Source: Lepidodermella squamata (lineage: Eukaryota; Animalia; Gastrotricha). From it: a stretch of 64,000 nt of DNA. Positions 25,041 through 39,100 of the stretch are shown one piece after another. How positions within the stretch are numbered: the stretch's first letter is position 1; each line of letters starts with the position of its first letter. The notes beneath the pieces were generated by a model, which was not told where the DNA came from, made no database searches, and saw nothing but the letters and a program-made list of their open reading frames with translations. The DNA lies in contig JBLDXI010000006.1 in assembly GCA_047495785.1 (NCBI GenBank), forward strand, positions 248,001 to 312,000, given 5' to 3'. Both the position numbers and the translations under genes were made by a program.

Positions 25041-26489
25041 TTAGGTAGTGCAGATTTCCAGCGTTGTGCCGTAAAATGGCGCCGTTGCGTAATTGGTTTG
25101 CGGCGCCGTCAGACCGGCAATTTTGCCGCAACAATCCCAATAGGATGCATGTTGGAAGCTATTCGTAGGTGAAGTCGCCGACTGTCAAACATAATAAGAA
25201 TTTTAAATTCATCAAAAAATCGCTCTATTTTTCCAAGATCAAATAATTAATTCCGGAAAAAATTCAGATTTCAGCCTCCTTAATTCAGTTTTAAGGCGGC
25301 CAGATAAGATTCGAGGTTCCGTTTCCTTATTTTTTCATAAAAAATTAACTCGACTTTCACCTATAAAACCATAAATTTATGGGAATAGTTTGCATAAATG
25401 GATGATAAATTTGGGACATTTTCGAATTTTTAAAATTATCCCCATTATGGTTTAAAAAACTGTATTCCTGGGGTAATTGAATAAATTTCCATGATTTGGC
25501 ATACAGCCAAGAAGCACATTTTCTGAAATTGCCACATTTCAAAACTTACAGAGGTTGAAGTCATAGAATCCGGGGCTGAGCACGTCTCCGGAAACTTAAC
25601 GCAGTAGTACTTTGGCCCAGAAGCTTCGCAAACTTTGTAAGCATTCGCTGTCGCCGCTCCGATACAGATTAGATTCTGACCAACTTGTTCGTGCTTGATC
25701 CTAGCCACAGGTACGCCGAGATTCGTCGCCGTGCAACATCTCGCAAAAGTCGTAGCCGTCGTTGCCGTAGTCTAATTTGGTGGAACTTTCTAGAAGAATC
25801 GATTGCAGATATCGAAAATTATACCGTCGAACCAGACAATGGACAAGTCGCTGAGCTTGAGCAGTATTTAACGCTGGTACCAGCGCCGCCCCCGCTTGGA
25901 GCGGTCGCTGTTCCTGTAGTTGTTATTTGACAAACCGGAAATCTGGTCTTCAAATTAATTAAAAATATTATATAAATTTGCCATGCAAGTCTTGGAAAAT
26001 ATATCGAAAAATTATGAAATTTTATACAAGGATCGGCAAGGTGATTCCCTATTTTCCTGAAAAGTTTCATATATTTACAGCTTTTCCCCAATTTTTGGCG
26101 ATTTATAACGCGTTTTCCTATTGTATCGCTTAATTAGGTCATTTTAGACGCTCATTTGCATGCATTTAGGTCAAATTATATAAATTGAGTAATCAAAACT
26201 TTGCAGCCTTCAATATTACCGTTATTGCATCGCACTGTGCATTGGGTGACGCCGGGCAGTAGTCGGCTATATCGGATATGCATGACTGGCCAGATGGGCA
26301 CGGGTTGAACTTGTTCTGGCAGCTGAGCCCAGTCGCGGTGCAAGTCGACGCCACGCATGACTTGCCGGAATCGCATGTCGACACCGATGGACACGCTGTT
26401 GTAACCGTGGTCGACGAAGGGCAGGCCGAAATCGCTCGAAAATACGTGACAAAAACCAGGATAAATATTATCATTAAATCACGGCTCAT
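25041..26489 (-). CDS. Secreted Cys/Thr/Ser-rich protein, subtype A2 (4 exons)
   Basis: Exon 1 resembles A1 (TACPS..TC...SCV.STCTA.GLSCQN..NPCP). Later exons GAGTSVKYCS and YKVCEASGPKYYCVKFPETC. Stop at 25041-25043. Confidence 0.8.
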
Positions 26490-26949
26490 TTTTTTTAATT
26501 GTGGGAATAATAATTAAAATAGCTCTCAGCTGCCTCGCTTTTTTTCATTCGAGAAATTTCAATTTTTTGCGAGGCCAACACCTTTTGTTGTTGATCTAAA
26601 AAAAGAAGCAGGTAGGTGTGTAACGTAAGTCATTACCTGGAAAAACATTCATTGTTTGTATTTTATTTCTCACAGAAAGCGGAACGCGAGAACTTCACTT
26701 CAATGCCAAAAATTACCGCAATTTTTAAATAAAATAAAAAATATCTTTTCACCATGCTTTTCAAGCGGAACCGAAATTCGAATAATATTCAATGAGCTTA
26801 AAATGAGAATTTTTATATAAAATTTGAAATTAATTTTAAAATTTTAAAACTTTTTAGTTCCGGTCTTAATGTTTAAAATTTACGTTAGGACCTCAACCTT
26901 AATTTTATTTTAATTTCTATTATTTTTACTGTTTTTTTTAGTGACTCAA

Positions 26950-28361
26950 ATGCATCTGAAATTTTTTATTGCTATTTTCGCCAGTAATTATTTTGCGAAA
27001 ATTTGCATCGCTTGCCCGCCGTCGACAAGTAGCCAGTCGTTGACGTGCCCAACCGCGGCGCCATGCCCGACTGGTAGAGAGTGTTCCGACTCGACCACCC
27101 CGCTCGGCTGCCCAACGGGCAAAGCGTGCCTCAACACAACGAACCCGTGCCCGGCTGTTCAAACTTGCCGCTCAACAACGGCCGATTTCTGCGTTGACTC
27201 AACCAAAAGTTGCCCAGTAATTTCTGCTGAAAAATCGAAATTTTAAGAAAAAATTAGAATTTTTAACGATTTATTTCAGCCATCATTTCCGATTTGTCGA
27301 CTGACTACGTCAGGGAGGGCTACGACGGAGGGAGCCGGCGTGTCCGTAAAATTTTGCATCAGCACGGCGTCTTGCTCGAGTTTGACCGGCGGTGTGGTAA
27401 GTTAATAAACATCTTTTTATTTTTCAATTATTTTTTTCAATTTCAAGTACATCTCACCTTGCTGATGAAGTTTTTCTTTGAGAGCGGCTTCCTAGCTATT
27501 ACCGTTCTTAATATAATTGTTTAGGTGTGTCAACAGGTATAAGGTCACGTGACCAACTTAAAAATGGAATATCTCCATAACTAAAAATGATAAAAATATG
27601 AAGTTTGCGAGGTTTCAATGCCTGATCTTTCCTCGTATTAGCACATGGTTATAAGGGGAGAAAAAATTCTTCAAATATTTGGGGCTTTTAATATCCATTT
27701 TTTATTTTTCTCCTTTTTCAGGTCGCGTCTACTACAACGGCAACGAGTTTTGCGAGCTGTTGTTCGGCGGGAAATCTCGGCGTACCAGCTCCGCAAATCA
27801 TGTACGAAATGGTGTCGCTGGCCAGCGGCTCTAACGCCATGGCCTGCATCGGCTCGAACACCGTGAACCCTTACAAGGTGTGTACAACCAGCGCCGGCAA
27901 ACACTACTGCCTAAGGTTCCCAGAAACGTGCTTCTCTGGCGATTCAAAATCAACAACAGCGGTAAGTCATAATCTTAATTCTGGAAAAAAATTCGATTTT
28001 TTTGCGATTTCGATTCCGATAATCATTATTGGCTTCCAATAATTTAATCTCGAAAAAATCACTGATTTTCGAAATCGATATTCTGAATCGATATCGGCTT
28101 TGCCGGAGCTAAACTGTCCGAAATGAGGCCGCTTTCGATTAATTTTCGAAAACTAGTGCAAAAGTTGTAATTTGATCGTTATAATATTATAATATAATTC
28201 TTGTAATTTTACTCGTCTTATAGCCTACGACGCCCTCTTCGCAATGGGAATCGATCTCGTTCGTCACGTGCTGCAAAAGCATCAACGGCCTGACGTCAGC
28301 CTCATTCCTAACTACGTCAGCCATGTACGGCGTGACTCTCGACGGGTGCCGAACGCCTTGA
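26950..28361 (+). CDS. Secreted Cys/Thr/Ser-rich protein, subtype B2 (4 exons)
   Basis: Exon 1 resembles B1 (TCPTAA.CP....CS.S.TPLGCP.G..CLNTTNPCPAV.TCRST). Last exon 28224-28361 reads PTTPSSQW...CCKSINGL...YGVTLDGC. Confidence 0.8.
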
Positions 28362-28973
28362 TGATATTAAAAGAATGCTATATTTTAACAAATTACCCGG
28401 TTCGAAAATAAAACCCTCGATGTTCAAAAATGACCTGATTTTGGACAAATTTGATTAGAAGCGAGGCCTCACTTGGAAAACTTCTGCTTTTACTATCGAA
28501 AGTTCCCGATTCTTCAAAGCTTGAATATTCCTAGCAATATCAATGATGCATCAATTTTCCTGAAATTAAAATTGTACAACAAAAATTGAGGTGTTCAATA
28601 TGTAGAAAAATTGAATTAAAATTAAAATAATTGAATTTGCTCACATTTTTGTTGTCATTCAAAATGCTCAGTTGACAAGTGTAATTATTCCGGCTGTCCA
28701 AGCATTTATACATTTTAGCATTGAAAGCACAATCAAATTATTGCGCCTAATATTTAGATCATCACACACAAAAACTGAATAAACATTATAGCCTAAAAAT
28801 TCTCAATTCAACATGGCGACACGTGACTCATAAGAACACAAGAATAACACGCGCGATTCTCAGCCAAACTTATCGATCTTTCGAACACTGACACAAAGAA
28901 AAATACTGAACAACAGTCGCTTTTTTCCATTTTGATTTTACAATTTTTTAACAATATTTTTCCAAATAAATAA

Positions 28974-30565
28974 ATGAAGCGGAAAAGCAGTGAAGCGTTA
29001 CAAGGCGATGTTGAAGCCCCGCCTGAAAAATCGCCGGCTTTCAATCACAAGTACAACTTGAGATGCCGATCGCTGACCGGCCTGGCTGTTTCGAACCAAA
29101 ATTTACCGGCTGTTCAACGAAGCGTGACGCTGGTGAATAAGAAGCGCGAAACAACGCCGTTATTTCCATCGGCTAAATGCTACCTACCGCCCGAGATAAT
29201 TCTAGACATTTTCCTGAGACTCGATCTGAAAACGCTGTTCAAAACCTGCTCATGCGTGTCGAAGCTATGGCAGGCCTTTGTTACGTCAAACTGGTTTTTC
29301 GAGGCGTTACTAAGGCGCGAATTCGGCGATGCGGCGACTAATTCATTTGTTAAAGACGACGGCGGGAAATTACTGGCGAAATTGCAGCATTTTATGAAGA
29401 AAAATGCGCTATTTCGACCGCGAGGCCTTGACCTGAAAGGCATTGAAGCGAGACGTTACAATTTATTACCCATCCCCAACCGGCCTCGAGTTCTTTCCGT
29501 CGAGCACTGTGTCCAGCTATTGCTCAAGTCAAGCGATCAAAAATGGCGCGATATGCCGTATTGCTACGTCGAAAGTGATACATTCGCGAGAACTTGGGTC
29601 ATCAACCTCCTCAAATTGGCGCCGTTCCCGCAGGTTTGCTTATTTTACGCAAAAATAAAATGGTTAAAATTGTCTTCCAAAATCCAAAAATTAATACCGA
29701 GCTGAGGAATGTCCCAATTTTTCTAAAATTTATTCAGTCGAATTATCCTAATTAGAAAAAAAATTCCCTCAATTTAAAACCAAGTCTTTGGCCTTATATT
29801 TTAAGCTAGTGAATGTCCCAATATTTCTTAAATTAAAAAATCAATTATTTGACAATTTTGCAATTTTTTTTGTTTTTTTTGTGATTTTTCCCTAATATTT
29901 TTGTTTATTTTATAGATTTTTGAGCTGCTGAAAGTGCCGATTGTTCTCGGCGAGTGCATGTTCATTCGAATCGTCGACTTCAAACAGGAAATTTTACTCT
30001 TCGACAAAGAATTTCGCCTGCTTCGCCGTGTTCCTGAAGCGGAAAACTCCAAGGTCAGTGATTTTTGCCTGTTCGAAATCGAAAAAATCGGAAAAATCAC
30101 TGATTTGTAAAATCGATACTTGGAATCGATAACGGCTCTGAAATCGCGTATAACATGGATATCTATCGGTTGTGCATGATAACAAAAAGTTGAGATTCTC
30201 CTGAAGACGGGAAACTGGAAAAACAGTGATCTGGGGAAATCTAGTGCTGGAGCTTTCAATTTAGAGCTGGAACCCTAAATTTAGGGCTAACCTTTTTTTA
30301 TTTTATCGAAATTGAATTTTTCGAAATATTGTTTAAAATTTTAATTTTTTCTTAATTTCAGCCTGCTCATGCAATTTCTCTATGCAACTACCCGGCCGGT
30401 ACAGCTTACCTGGTTTTCGGCCCGTGTTACCACTTCCCAATTCGGTTGTTATGGCCGAGTCAGAATGCTCAATTTCGCCGGCGACGCGATTTAGCCCACG
30501 AACAACTGCTGGAACTGCTGGCCGGCCGGCCGTCTCATTACGCGGCATGCAATTTTCTCGAATAA
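28974..30565 (+). CDS. F-box protein with divergent FBA-like domain (exons 28974-29633, 29916-30053, 30362-30565)
   Basis: F-box LPPEIILDIFLRLDLKTLFKTCSCVSKLW. Spliced C-terminus WVINL...IFELLKVPIVLG...YPAGTAYLVF resembles the FBXO2/6 FBA domain. Confidence 0.72.
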
Positions 30566-31945
30566 AACCACCTCATAATATTATAGCAAGATTATTATTA
30601 GACATTTTTACATCGCAGTAATCGACCAATGACAAAGGCTGAAAAATAAGAATATAGCAATAAATGATTTTTTTCAATGATTTTTTCGAAATTTATCCTT
30701 TGTTACTGGTCGATTATCTGATATATAACAAAATCGGTAAAATTCCCTTAATTTATTGTGATTAGATGTATCCAATTTTTTCTTTGTTTCTTCTCCGCTG
30801 ATGATATGTGACAGCGTAAAATATGTGATTGGTTTCGGTTTTAAAACAGCCCAAATATGTGCGCAGCTATATAATAATTATGGCGAAACTCACCGCTATT
30901 AGCCTTAATTATTGCTCTAATAATCAATAAAACACTCTCGGTGCTGTAAATGTTCGGTGCGTTTTTTTATTTCAAGTGCGCAACGGCTCGCATAATTACA
31001 GACAAATCGCTGATCGGGAACGTCCGATGTTATTTGTCCTTAACTAAGCGGGGAAAATTAGAGACATTTTGGCGATTGTCAGCACTGAGGTAGGCGGATG
31101 AAAGAAAACAGCCCCGATGGACAAATATATTTTTCAAAATGACCACGCCTTGTTGTGACGGACCGCAAGCCGCAAAAATAAGTCGGAATTAGAACGCTGA
31201 AACCACAACTCAAGGTTTACTTCTTGCTTCAGTAAGTGCGTTTTTAGCGCATGAGATTGCCTGTAACCACAAAACATGACTAAAACAAGCTTGAATCCAA
31301 AGCTGGTTAGCCAGGCAAATTGGCCCAAATAAATAAAGTTAATTGAAACTTGGAAGTAAAATGTTTATGACATTTCCGGGTGTCTACAATTTCCGCTTTT
31401 TTATACTTCGAAGTGAAACAAAAAAATGAGAAATTCAAACCATAGGTAGAGTTTGAAAGCGTTTGAAGACTGAAATAAAATGAAATAATATTCAAATCTT
31501 CGTTCCTCAAGGTTTTTCACGTGTTACCAATAATAAATTTCTCATATCAGAATATATTTTGGAGGAACCAAATCCGCATGTTGCGGAACCTAATTTTTGA
31601 TAAGAAAAAGGTCGCTTTCCGAATATTTCCATGAGATTACGGAAAAATCAGTATCCGCATAGTGTTTGGCCAAGATTTAAGATGTCTCTCCCTATAGCTG
31701 ATGGTAGGGTCAGGCATCGTCGAAAAATTAGTATCAAAGTATCTTTTGAGCCAGCATCTTTGATCAAGATTGGGAAAAATTCGAAACCCACCTAAAGCTG
31801 AAATCTAAATTTTCCGGCAAATATTTGACTTTTCTCAAATCACAAAAATGTTTTGAAAGGCTTTTTATTGGGCTTGACTACACGTAATTACAGAAAAATA
31901 AGCTCGAATAAAAGCTCAAATAACAAATTAAAAAATATCGAAGTT

Positions 31946-32277
31946 TCAGAGGTATTTAATGTTTTGCCACCGCAAGTTTTTCTGTCGTTTGCCTGCTGCC
32001 GGGTTTGTCAATTGGCGGAAGCAAAACTTTGTCAGAACAGCCAATTGCTGGATTGGCGTTTTGTTCTTCAGCTTTTTCAAACACTGCTTCAACTGCTTCA
32101 TATGCGATATCACCTGAGCTTTGGTTGGATATCGCGCCATTGCAGTGGGATTAGTCGCCTCAGCTTTAAAAAAAATATCAGTAATAATTGAGTCGCATTA
32201 AAAAATTATTAATTACCGAGGCTGGCGATGAAAAATTGACAAATAATAAATAAACCGAAAATTTGAATGAAACGCAT
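31946..32277 (-). CDS. Small secreted cationic peptide precursor, 92 aa (exons 32277-32217, 32163-31946)
   Basis: Signal exon MRFIQIFGLFIICQFFIASL and a phase-1 53-nt GT-AG intron in frame with the 31946..32140 ORF. Lys-rich two-Cys mature region followed by GKR. Confidence 0.68.
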
Positions 32278-32812
32278 GATTTTGAGCTTTCTAATCTATA
32301 AGACTATTTTTGAATTTCTTTTATACTCGAGCAATTTCATGCTAATTAAAAAATTCGAGGTGCATAGTACGTGAAAAATTCTTAGCGTCTCATATTTCTG
32401 TAGGCGGTTTGTTGATTACGTGTGCATATGACTATTTTTGCGATGGAATTTGGACCATAATTGCCTCTGAATTTTGTTGAATCCCGTTGCCTCGATAAAA
32501 TTGTCTGAACTTCCCGAATGGTACGAAGAGCATAGCGTACATGGTATTAGGTTAAATGATGCAGTCGCGTCAAAACATGTTTTTCCGAGGAACGTTATTA
32601 TTTGCTCGCCGCCACCAATGTGACGCAAAATTCAGAAAAAAAGTTTCCAATTTTCCCTAAAAATTGTTGCGCAAACATGCGCGACAAGCGGTCACGTTTT
32701 TTTCCTACGCCTCAATAAAAACACGCGCACTATTTGCGCGCGCGCATTTTATTGGGTCATAAAACGCGCGCACACAGACATAACCTCATTTTTCAATAAA
32801 GGACACGTGATA

Positions 32813-35447
32813 ATGCTACCTCATGATATCATCTCGATAATTAGCTTCCTATTTTTAAAAATCGGTAAGAAAAATTATTAAAAAATCCTCCTTAATAATA
32901 TAATTTTCGATTTGTACCTAATTAGGGCTCAGTCTTTCCCTGCCTGCCGATGGGCATTATCGTGGTTACAATCAAACCAGCTCGGAATCTATCGAACAAA
33001 ATTTCGATGATGTAATATAAAATATTCAGATTTTTAATGAATTTTTTCCAATTTTTCCCGCCTAGTGTTTGGTGCCAGACGTTGCCAACGGCTTTGTCTT
33101 AGCAAATGGGGTGCTATTAGCCGGTAAGGCCATGGTTTTACCTGGTACCGAGATTCGCCTCAGCTGTTGGAACAACACCGTTCTGCTCGGAAGTGGCAAA
33201 TCAAAGTGCCTCGGCTACAGCCCTAACGTTTTCGACGACGTATGGCAGCCGCGTTTGGGCAGTTGTATTAAACACCCTGGTTGTGGCCGGCCGCCTTTTG
33301 TAACAGGCGGGACAGTAGAAATGACCGGCGAGTCGCATTCAGGCTCGACTCGGCTCATCCGATGCTACGACGGGTACATTCTAACTGGCGCGGCTTACGT
33401 TCGCTGCCAGACTGACATGACGTGGAGTGAACCTGGGTCGTGTATCCCCCTGCCGGCGATTAATGTCTTGGATGTTACGCAATGTGTGGTCCCGGAGACG
33501 CCGGATGGCCAGGTTTTCACGCGAGACGGCGCCATAGCTGCGGGTAGCATTTTATTGGCTAATGCTGAGATAGCAATCACGTGCCGGCCGGGTTATATTA
33601 TCGCCGGTAATTCCAGCAGTATTTGCTCGAATTGGGACGGAACTTGGAATCCACCCCCAGGTCGATGCATGGAACAAATTAGTAAGCGGATTTTAAATAT
33701 TTTTTTCAAAAAATTTCAAATTAATTTAATATTTTTTGATATTTTTTAATTTTTTAAAATTTAAAAAATTTCAATTAAAAATTTTAATTTTCAATTTCTT
33801 TTCAAACAAATTAAAATTAAATTTTTTTTATAATTTTAGAGTGCGAAAAATTGCCTCAAATTGTTGGCGGTGAGATTTTGGATGGCAATTCAACGGCTGG
33901 GTCCATTCGGCTGATACGATGTGGCCAGAGTTCGTATCTTACTGGGCGATCCTATATCAGATGCAACGCGAATGGAAGTTGGAGTGAACCTGGCTTCTGC
34001 TTACAAACAAGTATACTTTTTCAAGCTTTCATTAGAATTCTATCACTGCCTCATATTTTCGCTTCAATAGACGAATAGGAATGCACTTGGCTATTTTCGC
34101 AGAGATGTGTTCCAAATTTTATCCTAAATTAGAGCTAAATTTGGCGGAGCTTCGCACGAGGCTAATACGAGGCTGTCGGGGATAACTAATTATAGATTGG
34201 ACAAATTTCTTTCAGCTGAATCACCTTGGCACCAAAAGCAAACAACTGAAAAACAGAATTTTTTAAATAATTGTTCTGAATCATGATTTTACGATTTTAT
34301 TCCCGAAGATTCCCGAAGATTCCCGAAGAAGATGACGAAAATTCAAAAATTTAATGTTCGAATACATTTGTTCACAATTGGGTTTAATTAAGAGCATGAC
34401 CCACATTTTGAATGAGGTTAATGAGAAGAGAATTTTCAAGTTTTATTCACTTATAGGGCCTGATAACGATGATATTTCAGGTAAAAACTTGGAACCTTAT
34501 AGACATTTGCACATCTTAGATTGAGGTTCCAGCACCCTGAACGAGCAAAGCTAGAAAATCTAATGCTAATAGAACCTTAATTTAATGCTGGAACCCGACA
34601 CGCCAATTCATTGAAGCATGAAAAAATCAGCAATTGAAAATCAAGAATAAATTTTGAACATTTATGTTTTTTAGCCACATTCGGAGCAATCACAAACCCA
34701 CCAACATTGAAACCGTTCATGGACGGGTTCCGTGAGGCGTCAAAAGCCGGCGATAAAGATCGGCTAATGGAGCTTATCGAAGCCGGGCGTAACGTCAACG
34801 AAGCCACATACCTGCCCAACACGTACCCGCGCTTCTGCCAAAACGTATGGAACCACCACGATACCAACCCTTTGCGACTAGCCGCGGCTTGCAACCGCAG
34901 CGCCGAACTCGTTAAGATGCTGCTCGACGAGGCGACGGCAAACGCGTCCGGCCGAGTCGATGACAGGTCGAACGAAGGCTTCACCGCGCTGATGTACGCG
35001 GCTGATAATGGGAATGTCGAAGTTTCTAAGCTGCTGATCGATCGAGGCGCGAGCGTGAATGCTCAGAATAACGACGGCTTTTCCCCACTGACCTACGCTG
35101 CATGGAGTGGGCACAACTCAACGGTTAAACTACTCCTTGATGAAGGAGCGAATATAAATATAAGAAATCGGCGGGGTTACACGCCGTTGATTCTAGCCGC
35201 GCATAATGGGTACGCGGATGTTGTGTGTCTGTTGCTGGATCGAGGTGCGAATATTAATGCGCGCAATATTTTGGGACACACTGCGCTGATTTACGCGGCG
35301 CGTTTCGGCTATGCGGACACGGTTCGGCAGCTGATGAGCCGCGGCGCGTCGAGGCGTGGCTGTCGATATGATCTATGCTTCCCGTCGAACAACTTTGACG
35401 ATTATTCTAACGAAGGGCATCAGTCGAAAAAGAGCACTCGATATTAA
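32813..35447 (+). CDS. Secreted 4xSushi/CCP + ankyrin-repeat protein, ~565 aa (exons 32813-32864, 32926-33011, 33066-33681, 33840-34010, 34675-35447)
   Basis: All junctions are GT-AG and phase-compatible (1,0,1,1). Four 4-Cys/Trp CCP modules precede ankyrin repeats (TALMYAA, TPLILAA, TALIYAA). No TM segment. Confidence 0.75.
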
Positions 35448-36181
35448 CTGGAAATAGTAAAATTCAATATTATTATGTTGTTAAAAACACGAAAAATATT
35501 GCTTCAATTTCCAAATAAAAATTGGCTCACCTTTATTGCTAATAATTCAGTTTTTTTTAAAGGACGATATATGAGAGCAGATAGCGGAAGACGATGATTT
35601 ATTTTACAGCCAATATCTCAGGCTTTCTCGATCAGAATCGCTTGGCAAAACTGATCTCCTGATTCAGAATTTGCACATTACGCTACTAAAACTCTAGTAC
35701 ATATCGCCAAACCTTGAATGGGTGAAAACCTAGAAAATTGGGGTCATTCAGGCTCAATTACGTCAGCCGAGTAGTTAATTAATTTTTTTATCGTGAAGGA
35801 GGTCAAGTTAATTAGCTGAGATCAGGTTCGCTAATTGAGTGTCCAAAACACGATAACCTCATTTTAGCTGAATCGTTTATCATTTTTCATAAAATCGAGG
35901 TAAAATCGGAAAAATTCCAAATTTTACCCACTGATCGGAAATGGGCTTCACATTATACCCTGAAATTCACAGATTTTTTCTATAATTTCCGGAATTTTCC
36001 GGATTCGAAAACCGATATTGTCACACCTAATACCTTCGAGTTATTTTCGGCTGCTCGCGGCTGACCTAACTACGTCTCATTAAAGGCACGCGCGAAGCGT
36101 TAATTAACTTTCAGCCTATAAAAGCGTTAATAATTAACACATTTTCATCAAGCAATTACTGATTTCTCTTTTATCAGAAAT

Positions 36182-39100
36182 ATGAATCGCTGTTTAATCT
36201 CGCTTTTACTATTAGCCACCTTTGCTATCGAGCAAGCTTGGTGCGTCAAGTTTGTTCGATGCTACTCGCAGTTCGACAACACCTTCGTTCAATGTCGACC
36301 TCTTTCGAAGGGCTGCAAGCCACTGCTCGAGTTTCAAGTGAGTTGATCGGTATCTTCCTCTTCGATTCAATTGAAATGTGATATTTTTCGTTCAGGGCAA
36401 CAGAGTTTACACCTCATCGGACCACTGCATCACAGGGGTGAGCAATTTTCGAGTAAATTCCCTCATTTCATGTTTGTTTCCGATAAATCTAGAGTGCTAG
36501 ATTGTGCTACGAGCACGCCGCTTTGACTTTCAAATGCCAATCTGGAAACAAGCCTTGCCATGCCAGCGAAACCGAGGTGGGCAGCCGCATTTTCTCACCG
36601 GAACTTCGATTGGTTTATCTAATTTTCTGTTCCACAGCTGTTCGTTTATCAAGGCTTCGATTTGATGGGCCGCAACTTCAAAGATTGCCTCGATGACATT
36701 CCGACGCTGCCGGTAGTTTTGCAAAAGCTGCTGCCTTCCAAAATTTTTCTTTTCATTGATGAATAGAAAATAGCTTCCAGGCGATGCTCTTCTGCTAATT
36801 ATCAAATAGCCACATGTGTTCCGTCCAAGTTTGAGATCTGTCCCAAAAATCTTCTGGTTTGTTGTTACCCAATGCCGACCAGCGTGATACATGTGGCAAA
36901 TTTTTCCAGGATAGAGGCAACTACATAGACATGGCTCTTTGTTTGGACGGCACGAATGGTATCTTTCAAATATTTAATAAAATTTAATGATTCACCGCAT
37001 TCATATAGTGAAAGTTCCTGACAATCGAAAACCGCACATCAGGTGCTTTGATAAGGCAACGAGGCAGTTCACGGCTTGTCGCCTCGCTGAATCTGGCTGC
37101 TTGACGAACAACGAAACCGCCGAGTATTCCCGTGGTGCCTACATCTTCCTCGAAAATTGCCAGGCTTGGGTAAGGCAAATCAAATTGTTATCAAAGGTTC
37201 ATACATTTGAAATTGTTTAGAAAACTGCTCTGTGTGATGTGCCAGCTGGGGATCGATGCTACAACCTCTGCCCGCAAGGTTCACAACGGGTAAGTATTTT
37301 CCAGACCGGTTCAATGTTACTCTAATTTCTTTTAAATCCAGCTGAAAATCTATGATTCATCAAAAACTTTCGCAACAAACTACGCTGCTTGCCTTGATGA
37401 AATCGCGACCAAACGGGTCAAACTGTGCGTCGATTCAACAACCCGAACGCCGAAACGTTGCAGGCTCAAGGAGCTGCCCTGCCCATCTGGTCAAGTAAGC
37501 TTTGTTCCATTGGCTTTCAAAGCAGGTTAATAAGTCATTGTTTATTTCAGGTTGACGCTGGTTTCGATTTCCCGAACCTCGCGAAATGCGAACCATGTAA
37601 GTTTTGTTAAAGCTTCAGGATATCGTGACTTTCACGTCTCAAAAGGGCTCAATCTCGGTTGCTCTGCTGCTAAGAAGTTTGCGCCATTGTACGGCAGCCT
37701 AACCTGGAACCAAGCCGCTCAAGCATGCGCTAATTTGAACACTCGCCTCGCTCATGTTGACTCTACTATCGAAAAGGCGGCGGCTACGGTCTACTCTAGT
37801 TAGCCTTTTTAACCGCATTTGAATTTGGTTATTAGATGTTTTTTCAGATCTCAACAAGCCTTTCGGTTGCAACGGATTGTGGATTGGCGGACAGACTGGT
37901 AGTGGCACGCATTCGCAAGATTTCTTTTGGGGCAATCCGTCTGGCCTTGAAGTCATGTTTTCAAACTGGGTAGCTGGCAATCCGAACTTTGCGGCTGGTG
38001 AATGCGGCTCTGGATCCGACTACTGCATGCGAATGACCTCAAACGGTACCTTTGACGATGTCACCTGCGGAGCGACATTGGACGGTGCTATTTGTGAGCT
38101 GCAATGCCCTGGATCTACGGCGGTTCTCTGCATGGGCCCTGGATCTTCCACTTGCCAGAACCAGCCATGTGCCCAGGGAGCTTCAATCGTAAAATTTTGG
38201 TCTGAATAATGCATCTTCCTTAATCTCGTCTCATTTCAAGGCCATTTACTTCGACGAGGCAGCGACGCTGGCTGAAAACACTGTTGCTTGCAATGCGGTC
38301 TCTGTAAATCGAACGGTATGATTTCCATCACCTAAAACGTTTATATATGCTTCACTGCTTTGGATAGATCGAACACAAGCTGTGTTTCAACAGCAATACT
38401 TATATTTCGGTGCCTATCAACCTATCGTGCCCTGAAGGAACGGTCAGTTGATGATGATTGCTATGATTGACTACAAACTTATCTACAATTGCAGGTAAAC
38501 AGCCATGTTACTTTCTCAGATTACGCGACATCTCAAACATGTTAGTTATTGCCAGAACACATGAAAACGGAGTGAATTAACTTGTTTTGTTACAGGGGAA
38601 AGCATTGGCTGCTCGGCTGCGAACAAATACAAGCCAATTTACTCAGAGATTACCTGGTCGAAAGCCAAAGAAATATGTAGCGGCTTGAATACGCGCCTCG
38701 CAATCATTGACACGGCCGACGAGCAGAATGCGGCTGAACCAATCGGGAGTAGGTCTCAAAAAGGGTGATTTATGTTTTTACCTAATGTTTTCTCGGCAGA
38801 CTTGGAAAAAGACTGGGGCTGCAACGGATTGTGGATCGGAGGTCGTGATGGCTCGGGGGCACTCGCGGCAACTTACCTCTGGGACGAATCTAGTCTGGCA
38901 TTCGGTTTTTCCAACTGGAGAGGGGACCAGCCTGATTTCTCCATGTCTTGCGGTTCTGGGCCCGGGTTTTGCGTCCGAATGGCGTCGACTGGGGTCTGGG
39001 ATGATGTCCCCTGTGGCACAGTGCTTAATGGCGCAATCTGCGAGAAGCCTTGCTTAGATGTCACTGTCGCGCTTTGTTACAACTCGAATGAACGCACCTG

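Noticed and set aside
32720-32775. (CG)n runs in divergent promoters (also 44164-44255) as a shared regulatory or TE-derived element
   Set aside because: Similarity is limited to low-complexity CG runs and no alignable element could be defined.
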